Assembly: GCA_976551045.1 (NCBI GenBank)
Contig: CDPCPM010000012.1
Location: forward strand, 45,942,001 to 46,006,000
From: Glaucostegus cemiculus
Taxonomy: Eukaryota
Reading direction: 5' to 3'
Length of the DNA stretch: 64,000 nt
Shown: positions 25,855 to 39,785 of the stretch, in pieces
Layout of the letters: each line of letters starts with the position of its first letter
How positions within the stretch are numbered: the stretch's first letter is position 1
Position numbers and translations under genes: made by a program
The notes under the pieces: model-generated
Told to the model about the DNA's origin: nothing
Database searches by the model: none
What the model saw: the letters and a program-made list of their open reading frames with translations, nothing else

Positions 25855-28400
25855 CATGTCTTCTTACGAAGTTCCTCATGGTTGATGATGCCTCACCAGT
25901 TCTGTGGGTTCTGAGTAGAGGAAAAAGTAACTTAAATTTCTTGCCACAGGTGCGGCAGGAGGTGCCCAACATGGCAGGTGGGCAAGTAGTTTGAGAAATG
26001 GTGTTATCCTTCCGTCATTTACACTGGGCTTCTGCATGGTTCTCTGTCTCATCCTACTCGCAGCTTTTCTCTTTGAGAGGCCATGGACTAGGGATTTCCA
26101 CGCCAGTGGGGATGTAAAGGCTGCTTTGAGAACATCCCTGAATCATTCCATCTGGTTATTTCTTGGTGTGACAGAGCTTGGAGCAGTGTTTGTTTCTGGA
26201 GTCTGATGTCAGGCATGTGAATGATGCAATCTGCTTACTGGAGCGAATGGAATGTTAGACTTTCAAAAGGCATTTGACAAGGTGCCGCACAAAAGACTAA
26301 TTAGTAAGATGAGAGATCACGGAATAACAGGCAGGATAACAGAATGGGTGGAGCGTTGGCTGGATGGCAGGAAGCAGAGGGTGGGGATAAAAGGTTCCTG
26401 TTCTGGTTGGCTGCCGGTTACTAGTGGTGTTCCGCAGGGGTCGGTGTTGGGGCCCCTTCTTTTTACCTTGTATACTAATGATTTAGACGAAGGAGTAAGT
26501 GGGTTTGTGGCTAAGTTTGTGGATGACACTAAGACTGGGGGAGGAGTGGAGAGTAGTGAAGAGACAGGAAAGTTACAGAGAGACTTGGATAGTCTAGGAG
26601 AATGGGCGAGGAAATGGCAGATGAGATTCAACATGGAAAAATGTGCAGTTGTACACTTCGGAAGTAGAAACAAATGGGTAGACTATTATCTAGAAGGAGA
26701 TAAAATCAGAAGTACAGAAGTACAAAGGGACTTGGGGGTGCTTGTACAGGATAACCTAAAGGTTAACCATCAGGTTGGATCGGCAGTAAGGAAAGCGAAT
26801 GCTATCTTGGCATTTATTTCGAGGGGTATAGTATATAAAAGCAAGGAAGTGTTGATGAGGCTATACGGGGCACTGGTGAGGCCTCATTTAGAGTACTGTG
26901 TACAGTTTTGGGCCCCATATCTTAGGAAGGATGTGCTGATGTTGGAGAGGGTTCAGAGGAGATTTACTAGGATGATTCCTGGGATGAAAAGGCTTACATA
27001 TGATGAGCGACAGTCGGCACTTGAACTGTACTCGTTGGAGCACAGAAGAATGAGAGGGGACCTAATAGAAACATACAAGATGTTGAAAGGAATGGACAAA
27101 GTGAATGTGGTCAAGCTGTTTCCCTTGGTAAGGGAGTCCAGGACTAGAGGGCACAACCTTAGAATTAGAGGAAGCAGGTTCAAAACAGAGATAAGGAGGA
27201 ATTTCTTTAGCCAGAGGGTGGTGAACCTGTGGAACTCCTTACCACAGAAAGCAGTGGAGGCCAGATCATTGGGGATATTCAAGAAGGAAATAGATAGATA
27301 CCTAATTGGTCGAGGTATCAAGGGATATGGAGATAAGGCAGGAATTTGGAGTTAGAATAGTTTTTTTTCCTCATTCTTTTTCATCCTCTTTTCCCCCCTT
27401 TTCTCCCCACCCTCCCTTCCCTTTGGAGCAGACTCGATGGGCCGAGTGGCTGCTTCTGCTCCATTATATTGTGATTGTTATCAGGTCATTAATGCAGAGG
27501 ACATTGGCCCGGGAGAAGATGCTAATGTCTGCTTGCTTCTCCCACAAATGGATTTGGAGGATTTTGCAGAGTAGGCATTGGTGAAATTTCTCCAGTGCTA
27601 TGAGGTGCCTGCTGTAGATAGTTCATACCTCAACTATATAGGAGGCTAGGGATCACTGCTGCCCTGTAGACCATGAGCATTGTGCAGATGTTTCAGTGTT
27701 GAACTTTTTCAGCTATCTAAGGGCTCTGGAGGATTTTCATCACCAATATTGCCTTCATTGAGGGTGGGTCTCAAGGTGTTCATGTTTTCTAGGGTCTCAT
27801 TATGGATCTTTCTTTACAGAGGGGACTGCAGCTTGATAACTGAAGTTGGGGTAACCTTGGTTCCTAAGTACGGACAGTGCAGGTTGAACGGTTTCTCCAT
27901 TTGTCTTGTAGATCAGCTCCACTTCAGCAGGTAGACTGTTGGAGGTGAGGTACAGTGTAGTGTTGCTGTGAGAAAGACTAAGAAAAGTGTTGATTCGATG
28001 ATGCCTGATTTCAATTTGCACTGAGATTGGATTGTTATGAATGCATTCGTTAAGGTCATTGCTGTCATGAAGCAGATCCAAGTTGGAGACATTTTTTTTC
28101 TGAGGCAGCCAAGTTTGGTAAGGATATCCCACAGTCACTATCAATTAACAGAGTAAAAGGCTTTTGTGGTCAAAATGGCCATACATGATGGTTGATGCTG
28201 CTCTCTGCATTTCTCTAAATAATGACTGCCTGCCAATGTCTTCATGGCCTCACTTACCTGCTCCTTATGGGTGGATATCTCCAAGTTGGCTATTCCCAAG
28301 TCCAGCCCAATTTTCAGGGGCTGATTGGTGTACATTTCCAATTTGTATGCTTGGATGTTATTGGGACTGACACGCTATGATCATGTCCATTGTCCTTTCA
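25855..28400 (-). mobile_element. Old RTE/BovB-like LINE, interrupted by a young CR1
   Basis: Minus-strand YSRHLIALEKFHQCLLCKILQIHLWE on one side continues with HMPDIRLQKQ, FRDVLKAA and C-terminal SCRTCGK...LRTHRT on the other. Confidence 0.75.
26255..27476 (+). mobile_element. Young 5'-truncated CR1 LINE (RT C-terminal half plus 3' UTR), open frame 26252-27355
   Basis: Uninterrupted 367 codons with LDFQKAFDKVPH, SGVPQGSVLGPLLF, KFVDDTK, RPHLEYCVQFW and FFSQRVVNLWNSLP; pyrimidine tract, gggccga hairpin region and attgtgattgt tail. Confidence 0.95.
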
Positions 28401-31400
28401 GATGAATGGATTCCACAGTGCAATTTGGGAAGGAGATGTGGACCCATTTATATTGGCTTCTTACCAATTAAGTTTAACAGGCCTTCACTGAAAATAGTTA
28501 ATGTTTGTATTTTAAAAGTTAATGTAATAAATTGATGTTGCAAGAGGTGGAAACAATTGCTCTTTAGTTTTAAAGTCTTTTAGCCATATCCTGCAATGAA
28601 AAACTGGTATCCTTAAATCTGTGAATCACTATTTAACATATTTCCCCACTTGATATGTCTTTTCCTTGACTAGACATACACCTTGCCCAAAATCTCTGCC
28701 AACATGAAGTGCATTATACTCAGACAAGTTGGTAGATTTCGATGCTAGCCAGTATTATGTTCTGCATGTTAAATTTTCAATTAGCTAGCTGAATAACAAT
28801 TTTAACTAAAATACTGACATATTATTTCCCTCAGGGCATTCACCTTAAGTGATCTGATGGGTAGGAAATGATGTGAAAAGGTGACTGCAAGGTAGGGAGC
28901 TTTGCCCAACAGCCTTTCAAACAATATGCTGCCATTTCAATTATTCCATTTAAGGAAAAGCCCGAAAGCACAGCTGTGTGACCTATTTCTAGGTCAACCA
29001 TCTCCAGGTTTGTTTTAGGAGCAATGTACAGAATACAGGAATGGTGCAATTTCTTGCAGAAAGATTAATAAAACAGAGATGACTGCTTTACTTAAATTTT
29101 CCAGTTTACCAAGAGATGCATTTTGCACAGACGTGTCAGTTAAAGATGCCAGTACCTCCTCTGCACACCATCCCATGAAAATATCTGATTTTTAAAAAAC
29201 ATTTTTGTAGGCTGTCAGCCAGTCACTTCTGGGTAGTGCCGGTACATTTAAATAGCAGTGGAGAGGGAAGTGGGAAGGAAGTGATTAGAGGAACTGGCAG
29301 ATTTCCTTCTTTACTCTGCACTGAAAAAAAAAAACCAGTGTGGTACTTGGAGCAATAAGTTATAGAAGGAGCGGAATGAATCAAAGCAACTGGTCCAAGC
29401 CAACCCATCCTTTATTTACTCTTTTATAGTAGCTTCCTCCACGTTGGCTATTCCCAAGCCAACTATTTAATTTTCAGGGATCCTTCAGTCTCCAAATCAC
29501 TCTGCTACTCTATTGGTGCTGGAGTAAGACACCAACTGCAACATTGCCAGATTGACCTCAATCCTTCCAGAGCACGTTGCCAGGATCTTGGCAAGTGTAC
29601 CCCAGAAAATGAACCGTGCTCTATTATAATGAAAGCTTCACTGTCCCTTTTGAATACTTGCTCCCATTTGTCTGATTTTTTTTCCCCTATGTACAGCCAC
29701 TTTATGTTCTCGTTAATTATAGTAGGAGTTACAAGATATAGTATTATTGACCTAGATAGCAAATGTTTGCAGTTCCAGAGAACATTCCACATTCTACTGC
29801 CAAGTGAACTCGATAGCAGGCCAGCCAAGGATGATTATGACTTCACGCCAGTGGGCAACAGCCTTTAACTACAGATGGAGGAGCAGCAGCCTGCAGTAAT
29901 ACATTTCAGAATTTCAAAGACTTGTGTCACATTTTCAAAACAACATAGATTTACTATCACACAAGTCTTCCTTTAAAGACTGCTCAAAATGTTAATTGTT
30001 TAATTACAGATGAGCTGGTTGCTTTTTATGTAATAATTATCTGCCACTTTCAACTACCATTACCTTGAGGAAGTGGCCACATTGCAGGTTTCCACCAGAT
30101 GAAACCTTAGAAGAGAGACAGGAAGCCTGGAAATTCAAAGCATGAAACAAAGTGACGCCTGGGCACAAGAAACGTCTTCACAAACACAGTCGTGCACCAA
30201 GGGTTTTCCTCTGCAATATCTAGCTGTTGCAGTGATTGAAAATCAGTGTGAATGACTTTTGGCCAACAGGCTACAGGTAGGGCAGTGAGGAGAGAGCTGA
30301 GAGGCCATGACATTGATAATGTCTCCCTGCCATCAAGGTAGAGAAAGTTAAAGAAAACAACTTTTTGCCTCCCTAGCAGCAGCCCAAGTGGGGCTGGAGC
30401 AGATCTTAAATCCTCTGGTTGAGATATGTTTACTGGTTGAGGTCCAAACCTTCAGTGACACTTATATACATAGAATTATGTATAAATATTGTCATTTACA
30501 TGTTGTTTGATATCCCTGCATATGCCCAATAGTCTGTTTATGCATTTCATTCCCAGCAACGGACAGGATCAACGATCCTGATATAAACCTCCATTTCAGA
30601 TTTTTTATTCAACTATTTTCTTTTTGATTCTGCAGTTCTGAATTGGAATTCTTTTTGGCTAACATCATGGAACAATATGAAGAACTGCAATGCAAGACTG
30701 AAAACAGGATGTTAAAAAGAAACACAAAATTGAAGATAGAGCTGATAAAAATAACCAAATAGGAATGGTATTTGCATCAGTGAACATTCTTGATCTTAGC
30801 CTGCCTGGAATCCTAAAAAATCACATCAGCTTTCCTGCTCAGGAATTATATTCCCTATCACGATTGCACTACTTGTTAGTTTACTTAAAGCGACAACTTA
30901 ATGTAGCTAGGCCACACTGCAAATCTGCTAATATCTGTGGCAGAAAATACTGCATTATAAAAGGTTAGCTCATTTACTCACTGGCAGGACATTAAAAATC
31001 AGGTTCAATCAGCAATGGCAGATGCTATGATGCACATTTTGGAAACCATGGTGAAATGGTGGATTAGAGATTGAGCAGAGCTGGTATTGGATGGGTGGCG
31101 AGTGCAGAGAGAAACTATTCACGCCAGGGATTATTGATTTCAGGTTTTACTTCATGTTGCGTTCTTAGCTGAACACAAGAGAACACAAAAATGGCAGTCA
31201 GAATAACACACATATTTGTTCCCCAGGTCGATTGCAGGGTCAAAGGTCATTGCGCTAAAGTGGCCAAATGGACAAAGCAGGCAGAACACAGGCTTAGATA
31301 ATAGCTAGAAGAGTGGAGTGCAGGCCAACTTGATTCTGGTTTGATAGATAGCATGCATATAGTTAAGTGCACCACTTGACTGGTGAAGACAGGAGGGCAC

Positions 31401-32686
31401 ACAAACTGAAAGGTAAATTCCAATGTCCAAATATTATAACCTTTAGTTGAAATCATGTCTCGGATACTTAATTCTATTAAAACATTTCCCACACCAGAAT
31501 TAGACCGGTGTGCATACACGTGTAAGCCACAGAAGTAAAGGTAATAATTTACATGCTAGTTAGGTCAGTAGGGAACAGTAATATCCAGGCAAATCTCTGG
31601 TTCAAGCCTTTTACACAGTTTAACTGCATAGTGTGTGAATTAGCATACTTCACATTTCACAGGCAGTAATAATCCCCACAATATTGTTTATGTGTAAAAT
31701 TAATGATGTATTAACTATTCACAACATGCACAGCAAGTCCAAATGATTGCAAATACCAAAATATACCATGCTTCATCTAGCTGAACAACAGCAATCACCT
31801 ACCTCATTTCACTCTTCCCTTGACATTGAACACGTTTTAATAGGTGTAGCTATGGGAACCTACACGTGATGCCTGTGGGTCCAAGCTATGCCCATCTCTT
31901 TACAGGGTAGGTGCAACAGTCCATGTTCAATGTAATTCTTTTTCTCTACCTCACTTCTTTTACTGGTACATTGATGATGGTATTGATGCAGATTCCTTCC
32001 TTCGTACACAACTCAAGTTTAATTACCTTTTCTGTCAATTTTCACCGTGTACTCACTTTTACAGGGCCCATCTCCAGCTTTTCTCTGAGGATAGATAGCA
32101 ACCAACATTCCTAACAAGTTCACCAGTTCCCACAGCTATCTTAACTACACCCCCCTCTACCCTGCTTCCATTCCATTCTCCCATTTTCTTTAGCCACATT
32201 GCAGCTGTGCTGAAGATGACACTCTCCACACTATTGTTTCCAAGTGGTCTTCCTTTATCCTTAACCACAGCTTCTCCTCCATCAAATGTTGATTGGGCTC
32301 TCAGTCATATCCATCTTATTTCCTGCAATTTCACTCTCACCCCCTCTCCTCCCAGCCAGAGATAAGGGAAAGGCTTCCCTTATCCCCACCTTCCATGCCA
32401 CTAGCCTCCACATTCAACAGATCAGCCTCTAATTTTGAGCAGGTTCACTGAAACGTCACCATCAGGTTTATCGTCCACTTTCATTCTTCAGCATTGCTAA
32501 AGGATTGTTCCCTCTGTGGCTCTCTGGTTCACTACTTCATTTCCCACCATCACCCACCTGCTCCTCTCCTCACAGCACTGTCCCATACAACCACAGAAGA
32601 CATAACACCTCCCTCTTTTATCTTTCTCCACCACCCTCTCCCTTCCAACTCCCACCATCACCCAGGAGCTCAAGCACTCCTTTAGC

Positions 32687-33390
32687 GGAGGGTGGAGTGG
32701 CAGGTAGTGTTGAGGAAGCAGGGAGTCTGCAGAAGGACTTGGACAGGTTGGGAGAATGGGCAAAGAAGTGGCTGATGGAATACATATGGTCATGCACTTT
32801 GGTAGAAGGAATAAAGGCGCAGAATAGTTTCTAAATGGGAAGCAAATTCAGAAATCGGAGGTGGAAGGGGACTTGGGAGCCTCAGTGCAGGATTCCCTAG
32901 AGGTTAACTAGCAGGTTGAGTTGGGAGTAAGGAAGGCAAATGCAATGTTAGCATTCACTTTGAGAGAGCCAGAATATAAAAGCAAGGATGCAATGCTGAG
33001 GCTTTACAAAGCATTGGTCAAACCACATTTGGAGTATTGTGAGCAATTTTGGATCCCATATCTCAGGAAGGATGTGCTGGCGTTGGAGAGGGTCTAGAGG
33101 AGGTTTATGAGAATGATGCCAGGGATGAAAGGTTAACGTATGAAGAGTGTTTGATGGTTCTGGGCCTGTACTCGCTGGAGTTTAGAAGGATGAGGGGGGA
33201 TCTCATTGAAACCTACCGAATATTGAAAGACCTGGATAGAGTGGATGTGGAGATGATGTTTCTAGTGGGAGAGTCTAAGACCAGAGAGCACAGCCTCAGA
33301 ATAGAAGGACATTCTTTTAGAACAGAGATGAGGAGGAATTTCTTTAGCCAGGGGGTGGTGAATCAGTGGAATTCATTGCCACAGACAGCT
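32687..33390 (+). mobile_element. CR1 LINE internal fragment nested in the Penelope element
   Basis: LQKDLDRLGEWAKKW and GLYSLEFRRMRGDLIETYRIL...FFSQGVVNQWNSLPQ; has frameshifts and no 3' tail. Confidence 0.9.
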
Positions 33391-33682
33391 GAACAGCATC
33401 TCATGAGCAACTAGGTACATTGCAGCCCTCAGTATTTAATTTTGAATTCTCTTTTCAGAATTCTCTTACTTTAAATTTCCACCAACTACACTGTTCTACA
33501 TCTTAGTTCCTCTCTTCTGTCCTTATTCATCACCTTCTATTTACATGTTTGCCAGACAGATCAGTCATGATTAACAACTCATCATCACCACTCTCAGCTA
33601 GGACCATGACAATTACATCTCTTAGTCTCCACCCCATCATCGATGTTTCCTTTCCTTTGTTCTCTTCATCCAACTCCCTTCA

Positions 33683-34276
33683 GCTGCTGGGCGGAAGTCC
33701 CTCCAGAAGATAGTTAGGGCTGCGGAGTGGATCGTAGGTGTCTCGCTTCCATCCCTCGCAGACATATACAAAGACTGTTGTGTGAGGAAAACCAAAAGCA
33801 TAATGGCCGACCCTTCTCACCCCTCCCACCACCTCTTCACAATTTTGCCATCAGGGAGGAGGCTTAAATGTATCAGGGCAAGAACGTCCAGGCTGAACAA
33901 TAGCTTCTTTCCGCAAGCCATCAGAACTGCAAACTCACTCATCCCTCCACCTTCCTTTGTTAACACTAAGAGATGCTAGGTGTACAGAAATGCACCAGCA
34001 CTTTAAATGCTGACACCAGCCCGTTCACTTTAAGAACTATTTATTTATTTACTGGCCATTTTTAATTTAATCTGCCTAATAATTCAATTTCAATCTCCAT
34101 AGCTTCTAATGTGTAATGTTTTGTACTGTGTATTCTGCCAAGTGTATATGTGTCTCTCTGTTGGTTGTTATGTTATTCTTTTTTTTAATGGGACGAGCAC
34201 CTGAGGAGGACGGTATCTCGCTCCTATGCGTACCATGTATGTATATGGTTGTGACAATAAAACTGATTCTGATTCT
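33683..34276 (+). mobile_element. Rex1/Babar LINE 3' fragment nested in the Penelope element
   Basis: Open frame RKSLQKIVRAAE...DPSHPSHHLFTILPSGRRLKCIRARTSRLNNSFFPQAIR; (ATTCTG)n tail. Confidence 0.85.
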
Positions 34277-37086
34277 TCTCTGCAACTTAAAGACATTTAT
34301 TTATCAACTTCTCATATGTTGATAACCTTTCATCAGAACCAAAACATTAATTATACTTTGCCCTCTGCAGATGATGCTTGGTCTGTTGAGTATTTCTAGA
34401 ATTTTATTTCTATTTTACATTCTATAGTATTATCATAGATTTCTAGCCAAAGCCTCTCATTTGAAAGATGAGCAGGCTTACACTATCATATAGTGTCCCA
34501 TCCAACCTTAAAGGAAACTCTTGTCATCTATTTATAATAGCTAAATAGAGTAAACTACTGGAAAATACAAACACTGAAAACAAATTATTACCAGGAGTCA
34601 ACAACTATTGCCAAGCACAACTGATCTCTGGGACCTAACTGTATTTTTAAATACTCCCTAAATCTGACATCATAACACAAATATTATTTCAGGAACTTTT
34701 CATCTAATTTATTTTAACTTTTTTCACTAAATTTTATTTAGTATTTCAGTTCTGCCAATCTACCCCAGATACTGCAACATTCTTGGTTTACCTTGAAGAA
34801 CCCATTAAATACTTATTGTGTATAATTCAAGAACTCTTCAGGGGATACTTAAAGAAATTCCCTTTGCAGTTTGCATGGGTGGTGAGGTGGGTTGTGGTGA
34901 TATTGGATGATGCAGATAGTGTTAGCAGAAGACAGGAACTTGCCTACATAAGGAAGAACAACATATCCTGGGTGAATGTTATCTATCCAACTTTCCAAGA
35001 AAGGCCATTATTAGAATAAGGCCTTCACCTGATACTGGAGCAGATAGTGGCCTTCTGATTAGAATCATGCACCAGTGTTCAATGCCCACGCTATTTGTTA
35101 ATCAGGGTTAAGAAATTGTGCAACTGGCACCTTTGTGTTGCATTCCCAGCAGCTTCAGTGTGTACAGAGGCATAGAATTTCCTGAAGTGAACATAAAATT
35201 CAGATAAAATTCAAGTCACTTAATAGAAAATGCTACGTTCTGCAGTGGAAGTCATAGGATTAAATGTTTTAAATGTCTTATCCAGAAACAAATTTGAGTG
35301 CAGAGTCCAGATAATACAAGGACAATATAAAGACAAGTCCACCCTATATACAATAAGAATCATCCTTTTTAAATGCAATGTGAAATTGCATGATTACTCG
35401 TGGAAATGATCAGACTTTTACTCCATCCTTTTAAGTCAATTTGTCAGGTATTATGCAAATAAACTAAAGTCAATAATCCTTGCAGAACCTACCTCCACAG
35501 CCTGACAGTATGGTCCATTTCCTATTTCTTAATCACACTCCTACTCATTCATATATAACCCATGCCATGTGAAATTTTGTAATCATAATCTCTACAGTTC
35601 AAGTGAACTATTAAAGAGAATTTCACTGGCTTATCAGCAATGTTCTCAAAATAGTGAAGAATTTTATTAAGCCTGAAATTCTCCAAAGGAAGTTTGACTA
35701 TTTCTTAAAAGATTAAGGCTATAGAGGGCTAGTCTTTAAGCTTCACAAAATGTATTTCATCTCTTTTCTACCATAGAGGATAATTCGTAACCTCACATCA
35801 GTGAATTTTCAAATTGGTCACCTTTTTAAGTAAAGGCATCAAATTTGATTTCTGCCAACCATGTGGGCCTTCAGTGATGCTTATTCTTTCTTTCATTGCA
35901 GCTAGTATCCACAATTACTATTTAGAGCAGGCAATGAAAATTAGTATTCTAAAACATGATAGCAGTAGGGTAGGGAATAAGATGTTATGGAAGTATGATA
36001 TTATAGTTGGTAGAGGCAACATCATCAAGCATTATCCAAAATATTAACTACTAACAATATTACAAGTTATCCATTTCCTGTACTATATTAAGAATTTTTT
36101 TTTATTGTTTGACCGTATTTAGGGGCAGCATTTGGTGAGGTGGCGTTACTTTAGCTGCAGGGTTTAATTAAATCCTGTGCAAGAGATTGTCCCATTTTAT
36201 CATTTTAAGAGTTGGTCATTATAGCCTTTGTCTTTTTGCAATTGGAATTCAATATTAAGAAACAATCTGGTATATCAGTAAAATCAAGGTTTCATAAAAC
36301 TCCAATAATCTGGCATGCTTAGTGCTTGTGATGCCAAGCTTATTTCCTGACCAAAATGTTTCCAATAACATAAAATGGTTCAGAGTGCTGTTTGTGGGTC
36401 CTTGCGAGAGCAAACTGGCTGATGAGGTTACCAATACTACAACATTAAAAGGCACCATAAAAATACAATTAGAAAAGGGGATTGAAGATTAATCTCCTGG
36501 GCCTAATGGTCAAACTATCCACTGGGCACCATAATTTAAAGTAGTCATAAATTATTTAAGAGTTTATATATTTTTTTGTCATTATAAAACTCTGATGCAG
36601 CATGCAATACAGGACAATTCCATTTGAAACCGACAACTGAAAAAGTATTCAGATGTTTCAGATCATTGTTAATTTCTACCTTTGATATGAATGAGTTTCC
36701 AAATATGACATGTTTAAACATCTGCCTAAAACTAGCACACACAAGACAAACTTAGTACACAGTGGAGGTCTTTCCATTCCTGGTGCCAAATCATGGAAAA
36801 CGTTGGCAGCTGCAAAGCAGGCTGGAAGAACCCTCTCCAATTTTCTCATTGGTTTGAGGAGAAAATTAGATTAAGATAGGTGGAATAAGAAATGGTATGG
36901 GGAATTAGATTGAAATGGAAAACAAGGAATTTGTGGAACCCTTTGAGGGGGAATGAAGAACTCGCAAATCACAACCGAACAGCCTTGAAAGACATTCTCA
37001 TTATTTGTGCTGAGATTCTTCACAATGAGGACTAGGACAAAAGGAAATGAATGGACTGACCAATTATCCCTACTTGGAAAGGATAG

Positions 37087-37330
37087 TCACAAGATCATAA
37101 GACAAAGGAGCAGAAGGAGGCCATTTGGCCCATCGAGTCTGCTCTGCCACTTCACCATGATCTAAACTATTCTCCCATCTCACCTCAATTTCCAGCCTTT
37201 TCCCCATATCCCTTGATACTCTGGCTAAGCAGATACCTATCAATCTCCACCTTAAACACCCCCAATGATCAAGCCTCCACAGCTGTACGTGCAACAAATT
37301 CCATAAATCCATGATCCTCTGTCTAAAGTC
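37087..37330 (-). mobile_element. CR1 LINE 3' end
   Basis: Minus-strand LWNLL...VEA.SLGVFKVEIDRYL, then 3' UTR gcagactcgatgggccaaatggcc and cttatgatcttgtga tail. Confidence 0.85.
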
Positions 37331-38139
37331 CCGAACTCTGAAGGTCCAATCCTGGCATTGTGCTGATTCAATCAGCAAAGGGAGTGGGGATCGCAAAGGC
37401 AATGGTTGAAGGGTGAAAGAGCAGAGAGGGATATAGGCCACGGGTTTGATCACCCACCCGTTTCAGCCCTGGTCACTCTTCTCTCAGTGCAGTTCTCTTT
37501 GATTATGTGTGGCAGTGCCTGACCAGTCACTTGGTAGCAACTCTCCTGCTGCCTAACCCTCAGGGTTCAATCACTCACCACAGCATCAGGAATCTGACCA
37601 CAGTTCAGTGCATGTTTTCAACCCCACCCTGACAGGTTTAAACAACATTACGAATCGAGTCTGAGAGAAAAATAACTTGGTCTCTACAACAACTTGCAAT
37701 CTGAAGCCAGCTCAATCCCTCTTGCTACACTTCAAGGAGGGCACTTGCACATTAAAATTATCATATGGGGTAAGGGCCAGAAACCAGCTAAACAATATCT
37801 CTGTTTCCAAAAAGCACACCCCATTTTATCACTTGATGAATGGTCATTATATCCTTTACCTTTATGCAGTTGGGACCACACATGAAGTAACATGTTATAA
37901 TTGATGATCACTTCAAGAAACATGATCTCCAATTCAGCGCAAATAGAGTTTGGCTCAAATTGTGGCACTCTTAGACCAAAAGCCAAGCTTTTATAGAGAA
38001 GTACAAAGTCGGAGGGGTAGAGGTTATACATTGGAATCCAAAATGTGTATCAGATTCAGTTGTACAATGAAAATATCAGCAGCCTCTATTTATAGAGCAT
38101 TAACAATAGGACAAAATATATAAAGTGGGTATACATGAA

Positions 38140-38720
38140 CAGACAAAGTGACTTGGCCTTATAAAAAAGGGCCCATGAGTTCAGAGACTAGTTTTATAAG
38201 TGTCATTGAGGAGGTAGAGAAACTGAGGTTCAATGAGGGTTTTCAAACTTCGGGTAACAGAAGATTAAACTCAGGATGATCAGAGGCCAGGTTTAGAGGA
38301 GTGCATATACAGCAAGTTAAGGGCCAGGACAAAACGAGAGAGAGGAATGAGAGAGAAGAATGGAGAGATTTGAAGTCCAGGGTTAGTGTTTCAGACAAGG
38401 TAGGTCATTAAACAGAGATACAATGGGTGAATAGAATGGGGCAAGTTAGAACACAGCAGTTTTCAATAGTCCCGAGTTTTACAGGGAGCAGTATGAAGGG
38501 GGCTGGCAAGAAGTGCATTAGAATTGTCAAGTCCAGAAAATAACCAAGAAGTGATGAATGAGTGCTTCAGCTGAGGAAGGGATGAAATCAGGTGATATTA
38601 GAGGCAATGTGGGTAGATATGCAGTCTGAAGTTTATCATGGTGACAGCTACATCCCCAAGGTTACAAGCTATTTTTTAACTTTATGTGGTTATCCAGGGA
38701 CCAAAGGCATTGGCTCACGT
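38140..38720 (-). mobile_element. Old L2-like LINE remnant
   Basis: Purine-rich plus strand resembles 61645-62170 (for example gcattagaattgtcaagtccaga vs gtattagaatagtcaagtctgga). Confidence 0.5.
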
Positions 38721-39034
38721 TTTGCTGTGCAAGGCCCGACGATTGCACTCACAGTTCATGCTCCATGTCGCCCCAGCTTACCAAGTCCAGATCTGCGTGG
38801 CTGATCTTGTTGGCCAAGGGGGTGCTGGAGGCAAGCAGCACAGCTCAGGCTTTCAAAGCACATAACCAGAGTACATGGGTAGGCCTGAACAAGCTCCATC
38901 CACAAACCACCATGTCCTCAGCTCTGTAAAATCTGTCAACCCTTCAGAATGCCCTTTACATTCAAAAATACTTAAAAATATTTAAAAATGATTAAAAATT
39001 AGATAAACTTTAAAAAAATGTTGGCCTGAATCTA

Positions 39035-39370
39035 AACTTCTCACTGCTGCCATCAGGCAGTAGGTACAAGAGTTTGAAGACCCAAACCTCAACGTTCCAC
39101 AACAACCTCCCCTACTGCCATCAGGTTCTTGAACAGACCTGAAAAATCCTAATTCTATCTTGGACTAAGTTTCCCTCAACTTCCACTAAAGTCACTGTGT
39201 CTACTTTTGTTTATTTTGTCGTGTAAGTTATGTATTCTGTTAATTTAAGTTTATGTAATTTATGCTTGTCATGTTGTAATGCACTGTGCTGCTGCAAGAA
39301 GTGAATTTGCATGGCATTTATACCCTGGGTATGTACGCCAATGACAATAAACTTGAAAATGATCTTGAAA
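39035..39370 (+). mobile_element. Rex1/Babar LINE 3' end
   Basis: FSLLPSGSRYKSLKT...AIRFLN; ends gacaataaacttgaa. Confidence 0.8.
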
Positions 39371-39629
39371 ATATTCAAGTAAACACAGTTTGAAAAAGAA
39401 AGCTACTTACCCAAAGTGGTACAAGATCTGAGATCAGATTCACTACAACAAATGCTGGGGAATTACATGAAGCTCCAGCTCCACCATTGGACTTCATGTG
39501 GAGTCCAGTAGCCAAGTGTAGCCAGAAAATTCCCAGCAGAGCTCAGACAGCAGCACTGGGATTCCTGGATATGCACAGGAATGCAAAACCCAGCAGGGGC
39601 TTCAGTGGGGAAAGGCTAGCAGTTTCAGA

Positions 39630-39785
39630 TTTACAGGAGTCGTATAGCATGGAAACAGGCTCTTTGGCCCACTGACTCACAGGGAGAACAAGCAAACTCC
39701 ACCCTGAGAGCACCCAAGGTCAGGATTGAACCAGGTCCCTGGATCTGTGAGGCAGTGTCCCAACTAGCCATATCACCATGCCACC
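39630..39785 (-). mobile_element. CR1-type tail fragment plus tRNA-SINE head
   Basis: atagcatggaaacaggctctttggccca (tail) abuts cagggagaacaagcaaactccac...ggattgaaccaggtccctgg (head, minus strand). Confidence 0.6.

Larger units (their letters stand above)
31800..34430 (+). mobile_element. Decayed Penelope-like retroelement (RT to GIY-YIG to pLTR) split by two later LINE insertions
   Basis: GVAMGT...GPSYAHLFTG and YIDD (tggtacattgatgat, about 31965-31979) are PLE RT motifs. It resumes at 33391 with EQHL...LGTLQPS.FNFEFS; pLTR at 34277-34430. Confidence 0.75.

Noticed and set aside
26252-27355. 367-aa RT ORF as a host gene, retron or novel RT system
   Set aside because: It is a standard 5'-truncated CR1 ORF2 with a CR1 3' UTR, lacking the endonuclease and RT N-terminus.
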